A stretch of DNA of 64,000 nt from IMG/VR virus record IMGVR_UViG_3300050821_010560, positions 1,927 to 65,926 of that record; one strand, written 5' to 3'. The DNA comes from a virus. Taxonomy: Duplodnaviria; Caudoviricetes. The notes below the pieces were generated by a model. The model was not told where the DNA came from. It did no database searches and saw nothing but the letters and a program-made list of their open reading frames with translations. Within the stretch, counting starts at the first letter, position 1; every line of letters begins with the position of its first letter. Below, piece after piece: positions 47,408 to 56,556 of this stretch. A program made the position numbers and the translations under genes.

Positions 47408-47790
47408 TCCCGCATTGCCGGCGCCTCTCGCCCTGCACTATTCCACCCCTCCCCATTGTTCCAAGCGTCGTATAACTCGGCCGGCAATTGCACCGCGTCA
47501 GCCGGCAACTTGTCCACACTCATCGGCAGCCCATCGGACCCGTAAGCGCCCGAAACCGAGTACCATTTGCCGCCGAGATTGACTCGGCCCATCATAAAAT
47601 GTCCAAGCTGGCGAAGCGCTACCTTGCGCACGACAGCGAACGTGTTCTCTCGCGAGCATGGCTTATCAGCAAGCTGCAGAAGCAACAGAAACCTAGCTCG
47701 CGAAGCACACTGCTCGCCCCCACGATAGTAGCCATGTGTCCGTTCCACATACATGATAACCCCCGTAAGCGCCGTCATTGGCGCACCCAT
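47374..47790 (-). CDS. early hypothetical protein
   Basis: 138 aa, protein-like composition. Confidence 0.55.
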   Translation of the reverse strand: MGAPMTALTGVIMYVERTHGYYRGGEQCASRARFLLLLQLADKPCSRENTFAVVRKVALRQLGHFMMGRVNLGGKWYSVSGAYGSDGLPMSVDKLPADAVQLPAELYDAWNNGEGWNSAGREAPAMREWALQTFGGSR

Positions 47791-47891
47791 TTAATCGCCC
47801 GAATCACTCATCCGATAAATAAGTAAGAACGCGTATACACAAATAAAAGTGCGCCCGTCATCTCTACCGGGCGCACGGCGGTTAGCGCGAA

Positions 47892-48254
47892 TCACTTATA
47901 TTTCCGCAACCTTACCAACTGCCCACTATCGTAACCGTAGGCTCCGTAATACCGGGCGCCGTTCGTTCCACGGACCTCGATATGCTCGATACGAGAACCG
48001 TGAAACCCCGTGCGGTGAATTGCAGACGCTTTGATCATGCCAAGCTCTGTTCCAAGCCATGTCATCACTTTGCGCCCGTGTCCACTAGGCGCTGACACGT
48101 ATGCAACGGCCGTATGTGGTTGGCTCGCCCAAATATCCAACTCAATTCGCTCTAATGCCTTGTTATGTTCCTCTACCTCCTTACCACGCATAGACACGCG
48201 ACCCTCGGGATCAAACGCCCCATGGTCCGCAAATTCCATTATGTACCCTGCCAT
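47892..48254 (-). CDS. early hypothetical protein
   Basis: Start 48254 MAGYIMEF; TWLG..LG...V.GTNGA.YYG. Confidence 0.55.
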   Translation of the reverse strand: MAGYIMEFADHGAFDPEGRVSMRGKEVEEHNKALERIELDIWASQPHTAVAYVSAPSGHGRKVMTWLGTELGMIKASAIHRTGFHGSRIEHIEVRGTNGARYYGAYGYDSGQLVRLRKYK

Positions 48255-48437
48255 TTTAAGCCCCCTAGTGCGAATAAACGATAGACGTGACATTCCCTAC
48301 CGTGCAAGTCACCAGCACTTTCGCGTATAATCGCAACTCCGCCATGCTCTCGGCTAGCGCTCGAGCGATCGCCGGCAGCTGATCCTCCCGGATTGCGCTG
48401 CAGAGGGCAAGGCGGTTATTGAGACGAATTGAGAGGG

Positions 48438-48656
48438 TCATGGTTTTCCCCTCACAATCTGCCATGAACCAACGGTGTTGCCATTACTATCCGACAACAC
48501 CGCCTCTGAACCATCTTCACCATTCTGCAGCTGATTCGCAGCCTGCCGCAGTATGCGCGCAAGTTCGCTATGCGGATACGGTTGAAAAGCGTCGTTATCG
48601 ATGCAGATATGTAACGCGAATGTATCCACGTCCCCCACTCCTCTAAGCGCCACCAT
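48438..48656 (-). CDS. early hypothetical protein
   Basis: F.L.I..DNDAF...ELARILRQAA...L.DSNGNTVGSW. Confidence 0.55.
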   Translation of the reverse strand: MVALRGVGDVDTFALHICIDNDAFQPYPHSELARILRQAANQLQNGEDGSEAVLSDSNGNTVGSWQIVRGKP

Positions 48657-48706
48657 TGACGCAATCCCAACCTACACCGAATCAGTTAGCCTCTAAATCA
48701 GTATCA

Positions 48707-48976
48707 CTACTTATCCGCTGTGCGGTTAGCGCTCGGTCCTCGCATCAACTCCGAATCATGCTGGCAAGCGCCGCTTAACCCGACCTGACGGTACCAGGCG
48801 TCTCGAGCCTGGCAAAACTCATCATGCGCCTTGCGCAATTCCGTTCCGAGCTCTCCCCGACCTTCCCGCGTGTAGCGCTTGTCACCAGCCTGCTTGCCGA
48901 AAGTGGTCAAAAGGATCGATGACCAGCGTTGGTCCGCCATAACGAATTGATGGTATGGTCCGTATTTGTCGCTCAT
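48707..48976 (-). CDS. early hypothetical protein
   Basis: Start 48976 MSDKYGPY. Confidence 0.45.
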   Translation of the reverse strand: MSDKYGPYHQFVMADQRWSSILLTTFGKQAGDKRYTREGRGELGTELRKAHDEFCQARDAWYRQVGLSGACQHDSELMRGPSANRTADK

Positions 48977-49106
48977 CCGCCAACACTCCCTAAAATAGCC
49001 AGCCAAATAGCCAGCGTCACCGCGAAGCCGGCTATGGCCGCTAGATCCATGATCGTTCGCATTTGCGTTGCTCTCCAGGTTGCGCACATATCGGCGCAAC
49101 CACATG

Positions 49107-49135
49107 ATCAAACTAATCAGTTAATAAACCGTCAA
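49107..49135 (-). promoter_or_regulatory. sigma70-like early promoter
   Basis: Minus strand TTGACG-N17-TTTGAT. Confidence 0.4.
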
Positions 49136-49138
49136 CAC

Positions 49139-49555
49139 CTAACTGCAGTACACCAACCCGTTATCCCCAACATATAAATACGCCTCCCCGTACGGATGTG
49201 CGTCCTTGGTCAATTCGTCACCAACCTTACCCAGTCCGCGATCCCAGAACCCGGCGCCGTGATGGTTGCGCGTCAGCCAGAAATCGACTCCCGCACGGTG
49301 TGCGTCATAATCTCCCGCAATCTCTGCCACCCGCACCAGATTATCCGCGAACGCAACTTGAAACCCTTCACAATCCTCAATCATCGCGGCAAGCGATTCG
49401 GGCGCCAGATCTTCGAACGTCTTATCGTCCAATTCCCCCTCCTCTGTTTCCCCGCACCAAAACGCCGCTTCGATATAACCGCGCGTAAACGCATCAAGTT
49501 CACTAAACCGCTTCGCACCCTCGCTCGATCCCATATCAAGTTGAAACTCAGCCAT
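49139..49555 (-). CDS. conserved phage hypothetical protein
   Basis: F.RGYIEAAFW...AGVDFWLTRNHHGAGFWDRG. Confidence 0.65.
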   Translation of the reverse strand: MAEFQLDMGSSEGAKRFSELDAFTRGYIEAAFWCGETEEGELDDKTFEDLAPESLAAMIEDCEGFQVAFADNLVRVAEIAGDYDAHRAGVDFWLTRNHHGAGFWDRGLGKVGDELTKDAHPYGEAYLYVGDNGLVYCS

Positions 49556-49640
49556 TTCACCCTCCGTAGGTAAGTTAAGTTACTAGCATCGATCCAATAG
49601 GAAGCCCGCCCATGCGATTTGCACTCGGCGGGCTGTCCGA

Positions 49641-49925
49641 TCAGCCTATCATCTGCCATGGTGTCTCAGGGCGAGCCTTGAACCGGAATGGGTACGGCTT
49701 GCTGCCACCCTGACGCCACCATTCCGGGGCATGGTCTGCCGTGATGATAAGCCATCGGCCGCGTTTGTCTGCAGAAGCTTCCCGCACTTCAGTAACGGTC
49801 AGGTGCAAGGCGGTTTCCGCAAGGCCACGCTCTTGAATGTCGCGGCGCATCCATAATCGCACTTCGCGGTCCGGCGGCATGATCTTGTCGCCAGCCTTCA
49901 ACGTCTCTGCGCTAACTTTCGTCAT
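49641..49925 (-). CDS. early hypothetical protein
   Basis: 94 aa, coupled. Confidence 0.5.
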   Translation of the reverse strand: MTKVSAETLKAGDKIMPPDREVRLWMRRDIQERGLAETALHLTVTEVREASADKRGRWLIITADHAPEWWRQGGSKPYPFRFKARPETPWQMIG

Positions 49926-50251
49926 GATTGCACCGTGAACAATTGTCGCAATGCCGGATATCGCGGGTCGCTCTCGAATACGCTTTCGTGGTTAAATTTC
50001 ATATCCCCTTTAAAAATCGTGATGTGACCATAGCCGGATAGCGCGGCAATGTAAGTCCGGCCGTCGTCACCATCGACAATACGCATTTGTCTGGCGAAAG
50101 TCAGCTTTTTGGGCGCTCCCGTCGTGATACGCACGGCGCGCTGACCACGGCTGGGATGTGTCTCGATTGAGAATGTGGCAGTCACTCGTTGGCTGCCGTG
50201 CGGCCAATTCTCAATAACCGCACTCATACGTGGATTTGTGTAATCGGTCAT
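49922..50251 (-). CDS. early hypothetical protein
   Basis: 109 aa, coupled. Confidence 0.55.
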   Translation of the reverse strand: MTDYTNPRMSAVIENWPHGSQRVTATFSIETHPSRGQRAVRITTGAPKKLTFARQMRIVDGDDGRTYIAALSGYGHITIFKGDMKFNHESVFESDPRYPALRQLFTVQS

Positions 50252-50469
50252 GACTGCCCCCAGTTCACGTTTTGATCGCCATATAAGCTTATAATTTCAG
50301 CCTCAGGCATTCCACGACCGCGTACCCACGCAACGCATGAAACACAAACCCCATAGCCCGTATCGCGATTCCAATGCTGCTGCCAACTACCAGCATACCC
50401 GCCGCAAACGCAACAATAAAGGCGCCTACACTGCTGCCCACTTTTTAACTTCCCACCTGCCGTTTGCAT
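50248..50469 (-). CDS. Zn-finger early protein
   Basis: CCVCG...WNRDTGYGVCVSC. Confidence 0.55.
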   Translation of the reverse strand: MQTAGGKLKSGQQCRRLYCCVCGGYAGSWQQHWNRDTGYGVCVSCVAWVRGRGMPEAEIISLYGDQNVNWGQS

Positions 50470-50507
50470 CGCCGAACATCCTTCGTTTTATGTGCTAAGA
50501 TGCAAAA

Positions 50508-50536
50508 CATATAACCGCTAACTATTTTTACGTCAA
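50508..50536 (-). promoter_or_regulatory. sigma70-like early promoter
   Basis: Minus strand TTGACG-N17-TATATG upstream of the early gene run. Confidence 0.55.
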
Positions 50537-50544
50537 CTACGTAG

Positions 50545-50845
50545 AAACACTGTTACCTGTTACGGATGCGATTACACGTCTGTTACCCATATAACCCTTT
50601 GAAATAACACACTTGTTACTGTTGCGACCGAAAACCGGGGTTTTTCCCTTTACCCCCCCGCGTCTGCCCACCTTATCTGGTAGCGTGGCTATTATATTTA
50701 ACCTGTTGTGTGTTGCGTGTGTGGGCCGCTGGGTCCCCTTCCTTATATATATAGGTAACAACGGTAACAACCGTAACAACCGAACCATAACAGGCACTTA
50801 CGTAGTTACCCATGGTTCAATCAGACGGTAACTCCGGTAACGGCG
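50545..50845. repeat. putative replication origin with GTTAC/GTAAC iteron arrays
   Basis: Several TGTTAC copies on the left, GGTAACAAC/CGTAACAAC/GGTAAC on the right, a TATATATA core; directly downstream of Prim-Pol/VapE. Confidence 0.6.
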
Positions 50846-53114
50846 GAATTTTCTTGGTATACCCCTTGAACGTCGAATCAGTCTCGCGAATGGTTTTTGG
50901 ACCTTCCCATCCGAGCCTGCGCATCGCGTGCGCCAGCCGCTTGGCCATGACGATCGTTTGCCGGTCAGGTGCGAGCTTAAGCCGGATTTCGTAAAGGTCC
51001 CGCGTAGTGATTCGCCATTCCGTCCGATCCTTGTTGACAGCTTTCGGGTCCGCCTCGATTTCGCCGATGATCGCATCCCACGGGTCTGCTTCGCGCCGTG
51101 TGTCCTGTATCGCTTGCATTTTGGTCCACAGCGTCTCGGGCATTGTCAGTCCGTTGACTTGCCCCTCGACGTGCACCGCTTCCGCCCACAGCTGGTCGCG
51201 GTCGCGGGCGAGCGCATCAACCGCGATCCTGTCCGTAGCAATCGGCCAAAATCGCCTATTACCCGTTTGTGATTGCAGGTAGGTTGATTCGTTCGTCGTG
51301 GCAAAAAATATGCACCTGCGGGGCTTGTCGACCCGATGGCGCCCATATGCCGGCCGCGCGCGGTCGACCTTGCGGGAAGCAAACGCCTTGACGCTTTCGA
51401 CCTCCGCGCGCGACAGCCCGACCAGATCCGCTATCTCATAAATCCAAATCCCTTGCACCGCTTCTTGCTGTGCACGGTCATCCAGGGTCAATATTTTCTG
51501 GTCCGAAAAGTTTTCCCCTCCCGCCAGGATCTCGAGCGCGGTCGATTTCCAAGTCCCTTCCTTGCCCTCGAACACGATTATTTGATCAAACTTTGCCCCC
51601 GGTTGGTACTGTCTTCGCACTGCAGCAATAAGCGAAAGCCAGCCGATCATCGAATTGATCTCGGAACGCGCGGCGCCAAGATAATCCGCAACCCACGTCT
51701 TCAACCGCGGCGTTCCATCCCATTTTATTATATTGAGGTAGTCACGTACCGGATCGTATTGGTGCAGCAGGCATTCTTGTACCGCGGCATCGTGGGCGTT
51801 CTCCTGTCCAGGCTCGAAATTGAACTGCTCGCGGATCATTACACGAAGCATTTGCACAGCATGCTCGCTGAGTTCGCCCGCCCACTGATCGATTCGCTGT
51901 CCTCCGACCGTCATCCGTTCATGAAAAACATCATACCGGCACGCGATTCCCAAAAGACCAATGGCGATTCTCGTATTGAAGCAGGTGGATTTTATTTTAC
52001 CGAATCGGTCGAAATCCTTGAATTTCAATGGTTCAGGTGCGGTCAGCTGCGCTGGTAGCGTATTGACTTCTGTAGGCTTTTCTTCTGTACTGCTCGGACT
52101 CTCGGCTGAGAGTGGGAACCCTAGGGGCTGGCACAATCCCGATGGGGTCAGGGACGCCAGCCCCGCGTCACGCGCACGTAGAACCAGTGTGCCGATACCC
52201 ACCGTCCACTTTGCTGTATCCTTGCCGAAGCTTGTCCATTTCTCCTCGATCGCATTTCGAGAATATTTTTCCGGGCAGGTGGCGGACCACTCATCCCACA
52301 TTTCGAATCCGATATTGGTCCCGTCGCCACGCTCCCATGCCAGGCCGTGGCAGATCATCCCTGCTTCCACCCACTGATCATAAAATTCCGCGCTGATCGC
52401 CCGCAGCAGCTCACGGACGCGCGTTTCCTCGGCAGCCGACCATTGCGGCCGCGTGCTGTCAATCGCGCGCTGGGTGAGGTCTGCCGCTGCCTGCGAGGCA
52501 TCCAGGTAGGCAGGCTGTGGCGCATGAAGCAGAGGGGCGCCGGGCTGGACCATCGACCCGCCGAGCGATCGGCGCCACGCAGCTACCCATTCGGGCAATG
52601 GTGCAACCGCTGTGGCATCGACCCAGGCGTACCGCACGCCGCTTTTGTGCGGTGAGGGCGGGACAACCACGAAGCCGCCGTCCGCCTTGACGTGCAGGCT
52701 TTTGCCGACTGGTACTTTATTGCTGCCGTTCCAGCTTTTTACGCCGGTTCCTTGGAAGTAGAGATGAAACCCGCGTCCGGTCTGGCTGACCGCGGTAGGC
52801 GGTAGCCTGCTATGCATCTCGGTCAATTGTTGCAGCTCTGCCATGCCGTCCGCGTCATCGGGGTCGAGCACCACGAGGCCGGATGGCCCGCACGCGACAC
52901 CGATGCCGGCATCCGGCCACATCCCCCACCACTTCGTGATTGTGTACGGATCTGTCGTGGCCTTGACCGGCCAGCGGGTGATTCGCGGGTGTTTACCTGG
53001 GACTTTGCAGGTTTTCTTGCCGCATGAGCAGCTTGGCGGACTGCCTTGAACGATCGGATAAATCGGGAAGACGTGCCACCCGAGACCCGCATACCGCAGA
53101 GCCCACTCCAGCAT
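50817..53114 (-). CDS. bifunctional primase-polymerase + PriCT-2 + VapE-like helicase
   Basis: ALRYAGLGWHVFP, PGKHP, LVVLDPD, TGRGFHLYF, GGFVVVPPS.H; W...G...FEMWDEWS; EGKEGTWKST, GNRRFWPI. Confidence 0.9.
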   Translation of the reverse strand: MLEWALRYAGLGWHVFPIYPIVQGSPPSCSCGKKTCKVPGKHPRITRWPVKATTDPYTITKWWGMWPDAGIGVACGPSGLVVLDPDDADGMAELQQLTEMHSRLPPTAVSQTGRGFHLYFQGTGVKSWNGSNKVPVGKSLHVKADGGFVVVPPSPHKSGVRYAWVDATAVAPLPEWVAAWRRSLGGSMVQPGAPLLHAPQPAYLDASQAAADLTQRAIDSTRPQWSAAEETRVRELLRAISAEFYDQWVEAGMICHGLAWERGDGTNIGFEMWDEWSATCPEKYSRNAIEEKWTSFGKDTAKWTVGIGTLVLRARDAGLASLTPSGLCQPLGFPLSAESPSSTEEKPTEVNTLPAQLTAPEPLKFKDFDRFGKIKSTCFNTRIAIGLLGIACRYDVFHERMTVGGQRIDQWAGELSEHAVQMLRVMIREQFNFEPGQENAHDAAVQECLLHQYDPVRDYLNIIKWDGTPRLKTWVADYLGAARSEINSMIGWLSLIAAVRRQYQPGAKFDQIIVFEGKEGTWKSTALEILAGGENFSDQKILTLDDRAQQEAVQGIWIYEIADLVGLSRAEVESVKAFASRKVDRARPAYGRHRVDKPRRCIFFATTNESTYLQSQTGNRRFWPIATDRIAVDALARDRDQLWAEAVHVEGQVNGLTMPETLWTKMQAIQDTRREADPWDAIIGEIEADPKAVNKDRTEWRITTRDLYEIRLKLAPDRQTIVMAKRLAHAMRRLGWEGPKTIRETDSTFKGYTKKIPPLPELPSD

Positions 53115-53177
53115 CCGCTTGCATCCTTCTGGCACTTGGACTACAAGGGATTGTTCTTGAACCAACCCCCCGCGAGA

Positions 53178-53210
53178 GGCCCGCTGCACACCACAGCGGG
53201 CTTTTCGTTT
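53178..53210 (+). terminator. intrinsic terminator on the plus strand, antisense to the primase leader
   Basis: GGCCCGCTG CACACCA CAGCGGGCT TTTCGTTT. Confidence 0.6.
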
Positions 53211-53246
53211 ACCCGCCGAAGCCCTCTTGGGCGAAGGCAGGCATGC
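53208..53246. repeat. palindromic element, intergenic
   Basis: TTTACCCGCC-GAAGCCCTCTTGGGCGAA-GGCAGGCATGC. Confidence 0.7.
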
Positions 53247-53300
53247 TGCTCCCCCGGTCACGAAACCGTCAAGCAAATTGTAGGCGGTATCCGAATCCTG

Positions 53301-53329
53301 TTGACACGACTCACCCTTGTATTTAGTTG
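53301..53329 (+). promoter_or_regulatory. sigma70-like promoter, probably leaderless
   Basis: TTGACA-N17-TAGTTG, 7 nt before ATG 53337. Confidence 0.45.
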
Positions 53330-53336
53330 CTATACC

Positions 53337-53558
53337 ATGAACGAATCGCAACGGGCGCATGAGTGGCGCAAGCGCAACCGGCTGACCCGCCAACGGCTGG
53401 GCGAGTTGACCGGCTATTCCCCGCTCGCGATCTACTGGATGGAGCGGGGCTTGTCCGCCAGGGGCACGCCGATCTGGCCGGCCATCTGGCGCCGCTACAA
53501 GATGGCGTGCGCGGCCGCGCAGGCGTCTCTCAAAGGGCAGGAGTTCGACTGGTCATGA
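53337..53558 (+). CDS. XRE/Cro-like HTH protein
   Basis: WRKRNRLTRQRLGELTGYSPLAIYWMERG. Confidence 0.7.
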   Translation: MNESQRAHEWRKRNRLTRQRLGELTGYSPLAIYWMERGLSARGTPIWPAIWRRYKMACAAAQASLKGQEFDWS

Positions 53559-53789
53559 GTAAGCAGGACCTGGCGCAATCCGTCGCGTTTCTCGTCTACG
53601 GCTCGGCACCGTCCTGGCGGGTAACGCGCCTGCTACGCCGCAGCTATCGTTCCCTTGCACGGCAGCATGCTTTCCTGCTCCGCCGCATCGGCCGCAATAG
53701 GCCGGTGCTCCAATGACCGTGCTTGGAGCGCTCGCAACCGGCTTGATCTTCGCACAAATCATTTTGTGGATAACATGGAGGCATCTCCC

Positions 53790-54188
53790 GTGAAATGCCC
53801 ATGTTGCAGCCAACCGATGCCGCCTGCCCCCCTAGTCGTCGACCTCGACAGCAACATCATCACGGACGGCAAGCTGAAAGTGCGCCTGCGTCCATCGGTT
53901 GCCGAGGTGGCGTTCAAGCTGGTCGAGGCGATGCCCGCGGTCGTGTTTTACGAGAAGCTGTACACCGGCCGCTCGCGCGTAAAAGAGTCCAACGACCCGC
54001 AGAAGGTTGTTCAGGTCTATGTGCATCAGCTGCGCATCGTGCTCGCGCACATGGGCTTCCGCATCGACTACGCTTACGGCACCGGCTACCGGATCGTGCG
54101 CGATGCGGGCAACGAGGTGATCGACCAGGTGGACCTGATCAAGCAAAGACAGGTGCTGAAATCTGAGAAAGTAGTGCGAATTAAATAG
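53790..54188 (+). CDS. stand-alone OmpR/CtrA-type winged-helix (Trans_reg_C) protein with N-terminal CPCC
   Basis: DPQKVVQVYVHQLRIVL...IDYAYGTGYRI. Confidence 0.7.
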   Translation: MKCPCCSQPMPPAPLVVDLDSNIITDGKLKVRLRPSVAEVAFKLVEAMPAVVFYEKLYTGRSRVKESNDPQKVVQVYVHQLRIVLAHMGFRIDYAYGTGYRIVRDAGNEVIDQVDLIKQRQVLKSEKVVRIK

Positions 54189-54195
54189 TTCGGCC

Positions 54196-54393
54196 TCAGT
54201 CTTTGATCTTCACAAGCCGCACGTCGGAGAGCTTGGTGCGGGTGACGCGGGCAATGTGCTCGCGCATGGTCAGGAGCCGCGCGCCGCGACAGTAGACCTC
54301 GACGCCGCCGTTGTTCGGGCGTGCCCAAGCCCAACGGGAGCGGACCCGGAAGACCTCACCCTTGCGCTGGTCACTGACTTGCACGGCGTACAT
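54196..54393 (-). CDS. hypothetical protein
   Basis: RBS AAGGGAGG; start 54393. Confidence 0.45.
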   Translation of the reverse strand: MYAVQVSDQRKGEVFRVRSRWAWARPNNGGVEVYCRGARLLTMREHIARVTRTKLSDVRLVKIKD

Positions 54394-54463
54394 GGCGACC
54401 TCCCTTGGATGACCATAAATAGGCGCTTGACGGATTAGTGTCAATAGCCTAGATACAATTGGC

Positions 54464-55066
54464 ATGGGAAAACGGCGGGATGCCATAGACACAATTCATC
54501 GGGCTTACGTTCGTGGTTATGCGTTCTCGCCCGTGAAGAGTCAGGAGACATCGTTGCTCGCCTACGGTGTGACGCCACGAGCGATTTACGTCGAAGGTCG
54601 CGGGCCGGAAACTCTCGGGGCGTTGACCAAGGCGGTGCGCTCCGGTCAGTTCATAGGCGTGGTCGGCGGCTATCGGGTATTCGGCGAGAACCGCAAACAG
54701 ATCATGGCAGCAGTGCGCGCCATCCGGGCTCGAGGCGGGATCATCATCGACATCGAGACCGGCGAAAGGTCCGACCGCGAAGGGGACGAGATGCTTGACC
54801 GCGCCATCCGGCGCATCCACGGCGAGGCTACCTTCGGCTCTCCCGATCGCGCGGCCGAGCTGGGCGCGCAAGGCGGCACGGCGCGGTCACAGGCCATGAA
54901 GGCGGCGCGATTGTCGGTCAAGCTCGCGCGGCGTATCTGGTTCGACAAGTCGATCACGACCGCCGAGGCCGTCGAGCGGATGGGGCCTGGCTGGTCGAAA
55001 CCGACCGCGATCCGCGAGTTTGGAAAGTCGGGGCGCCCGAGAGGCGCATTCCGGCCGAAGAAATGA
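54464..55066 (+). CDS. degenerate resolvase-fold protein
   Basis: RAYVR....Q...L..YGV...IYVE.....L.....AVRSG..I.V.....FG...I....G..I; lacks the RVS catalytic Ser. Confidence 0.45.
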   Translation: MGKRRDAIDTIHRAYVRGYAFSPVKSQETSLLAYGVTPRAIYVEGRGPETLGALTKAVRSGQFIGVVGGYRVFGENRKQIMAAVRAIRARGGIIIDIETGERSDREGDEMLDRAIRRIHGEATFGSPDRAAELGAQGGTARSQAMKAARLSVKLARRIWFDKSITTAEAVERMGPGWSKPTAIREFGKSGRPRGAFRPKK

Positions 55067-55217
55067 GGAACAATGGACAACACCGTGAACTGCCCAGTGT
55101 GCGGCAAGCCGGCCACGTTCGTCGAAGATGACGAGGACGCAGCCTGGCGCTGCCTTGAATGCAAGGTTGCTATTGAAACGTCAGTCGATGACATCGGCGA
55201 TTAGAATTGAGGAAATC

Positions 55218-55409
55218 ATGTACTGCCTGAAAGGTGGCGAGGAAATAAGAGACGGGAAACTCTATGGTTGGACCGGGAGAGAGTGCTCGACTTGTGACGG
55301 TCACGGCATGGACGACAACCATCATGCCTGCCGTAAATGCTCAGGAACCGGAGAGGAGTGGGGTTTGATGCCTACTCAGCCGGCCGATTTGGTTCAATGC
55401 GACCGATAA
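55218..55409 (+). CDS. small Zn-finger protein (CxxCxGxG)
   Basis: CSTCDGHG...CRKCSGTG. Confidence 0.55.
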   Translation: MYCLKGGEEIRDGKLYGWTGRECSTCDGHGMDDNHHACRKCSGTGEEWGLMPTQPADLVQCDR

Positions 55410-55420
55410 GTGGGGAAGCT

Positions 55421-55615
55421 ATGGCCGTTGTAGCGCTGCGCAGGAAGGACGGCACGAGGGAGTTCGATTGCCAGGATTGCGGCATTCATACTTTCCAGGC
55501 TGCATCCTATGATCCGGGCGAGAACTGTCTCTGTGCAACATGTGAGTGGATCGAAGCACAGCCTAACCTGACTGCCGCCGAGCGTGAGCAGATTAGGGCC
55601 ATCGTCAATCGATAA
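55421..55615 (+). CDS. small Zn-finger protein
   Basis: CQDCG...CATC. Confidence 0.5.
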   Translation: MAVVALRRKDGTREFDCQDCGIHTFQAASYDPGENCLCATCEWIEAQPNLTAAEREQIRAIVNR

Positions 55616-55718
55616 TGGAAGAAACTCATGTCATCGGCGAGCCATCAGGGTATATGCTCCTCATCCGCTGTGGTGAGAGTGGGCCTTGAGCGATCATGGC
55701 CTTTCTGATGGCTCACCC

Positions 55719-55898
55719 ATGACAAATCTTGGCAAATTACTATTGTCATATCAGCTTCAGTTCGAGGTTGACGCCAAAGTCATTGCTAAAGAGATTGGCA
55801 TTATCGAATCGTTGCTGACGCGGATCAAACAGGGTCATATGCCGGACGCTAAGAACTTTGCTCGGATCATAGTCTGGCTCACCCAGGAAGAAAACTGA
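55719..55898 (+). CDS. small HTH protein
   Basis: AKVIAKEIGIIESLLTRIKQGHMPD. Confidence 0.6.
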   Translation: MTNLGKLLLSYQLQFEVDAKVIAKEIGIIESLLTRIKQGHMPDAKNFARIIVWLTQEEN

Positions 55899-55907
55899 GG
55901 AACGTCC

Positions 55908-56177
55908 ATGAAGCTCGATGCAAAATTTTACGGCGTCATTGTCAAGGTCAAGGACAACACCATCGTTCCTGATGACGAGTATGTCGTTTTTCTGGCAAAG
56001 GATACGGCGTTTTATCAGACACTACCGACCTATCGCGCTCAATGCATCAAGCTCGGCTGCGATGTCGAACAAATCGAGGCCATAGATAGAATGATGGCGC
56101 GGTTGACCGATTGGCGTCAGGACAACGCAGATCGTCTGAAGGTACCAGATGCCAAAGGCGAAAAGCTGCTCGGCTGA
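55908..56177 (+). CDS. hypothetical protein
   Basis: 89 aa with RBS. Confidence 0.55.
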   Translation: MKLDAKFYGVIVKVKDNTIVPDDEYVVFLAKDTAFYQTLPTYRAQCIKLGCDVEQIEAIDRMMARLTDWRQDNADRLKVPDAKGEKLLG

Positions 56178-56556
56178 GTCTGGATCAAACGAACGAGGGA
56201 AAGTCATGGCCACTGCCGAGGAGTGGATCATTGCGCGCCAGCACTGTTTGGCGCAATGCCGCGCTGGCCTTTGTCATAGGTTGCAGACGTGCTGCTCACC
56301 TGGCTGGTATGGCACCGCTGGGAAGAGTCTCATCGAAAAATCGAAAATCTGGATCAGACGACGCAACAGGATGAGGAACCATGGAAGACGAACAAACTAG
56401 AGCGCGCCGCCAACGCGAGCAACAGGCAATTATCGAAGCAAAGAAGTCTGGTCGAGCGTTTACCTATGTGGATGATGACGGGTGTGAGGTAACGGTCACG
56501 CCGCAAGGTCATGCATTCTACAACGCGGCCGACTGGTATTGAAAGTCTAGAACGAG

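Noticed and set aside
49604-49634. AGCCCGCC...GGCGGGCT hairpin as another palindromic-element copy
   Set aside because: Shares only the GC core and lacks the flank and inner motif; more likely an ordinary stem-loop
53115-53393. N-terminal extension of the primase ORF
   Set aside because: Spans a hairpin, a palindromic element and a divergent promoter; the Prim-Pol domain begins at MLEWALRYA
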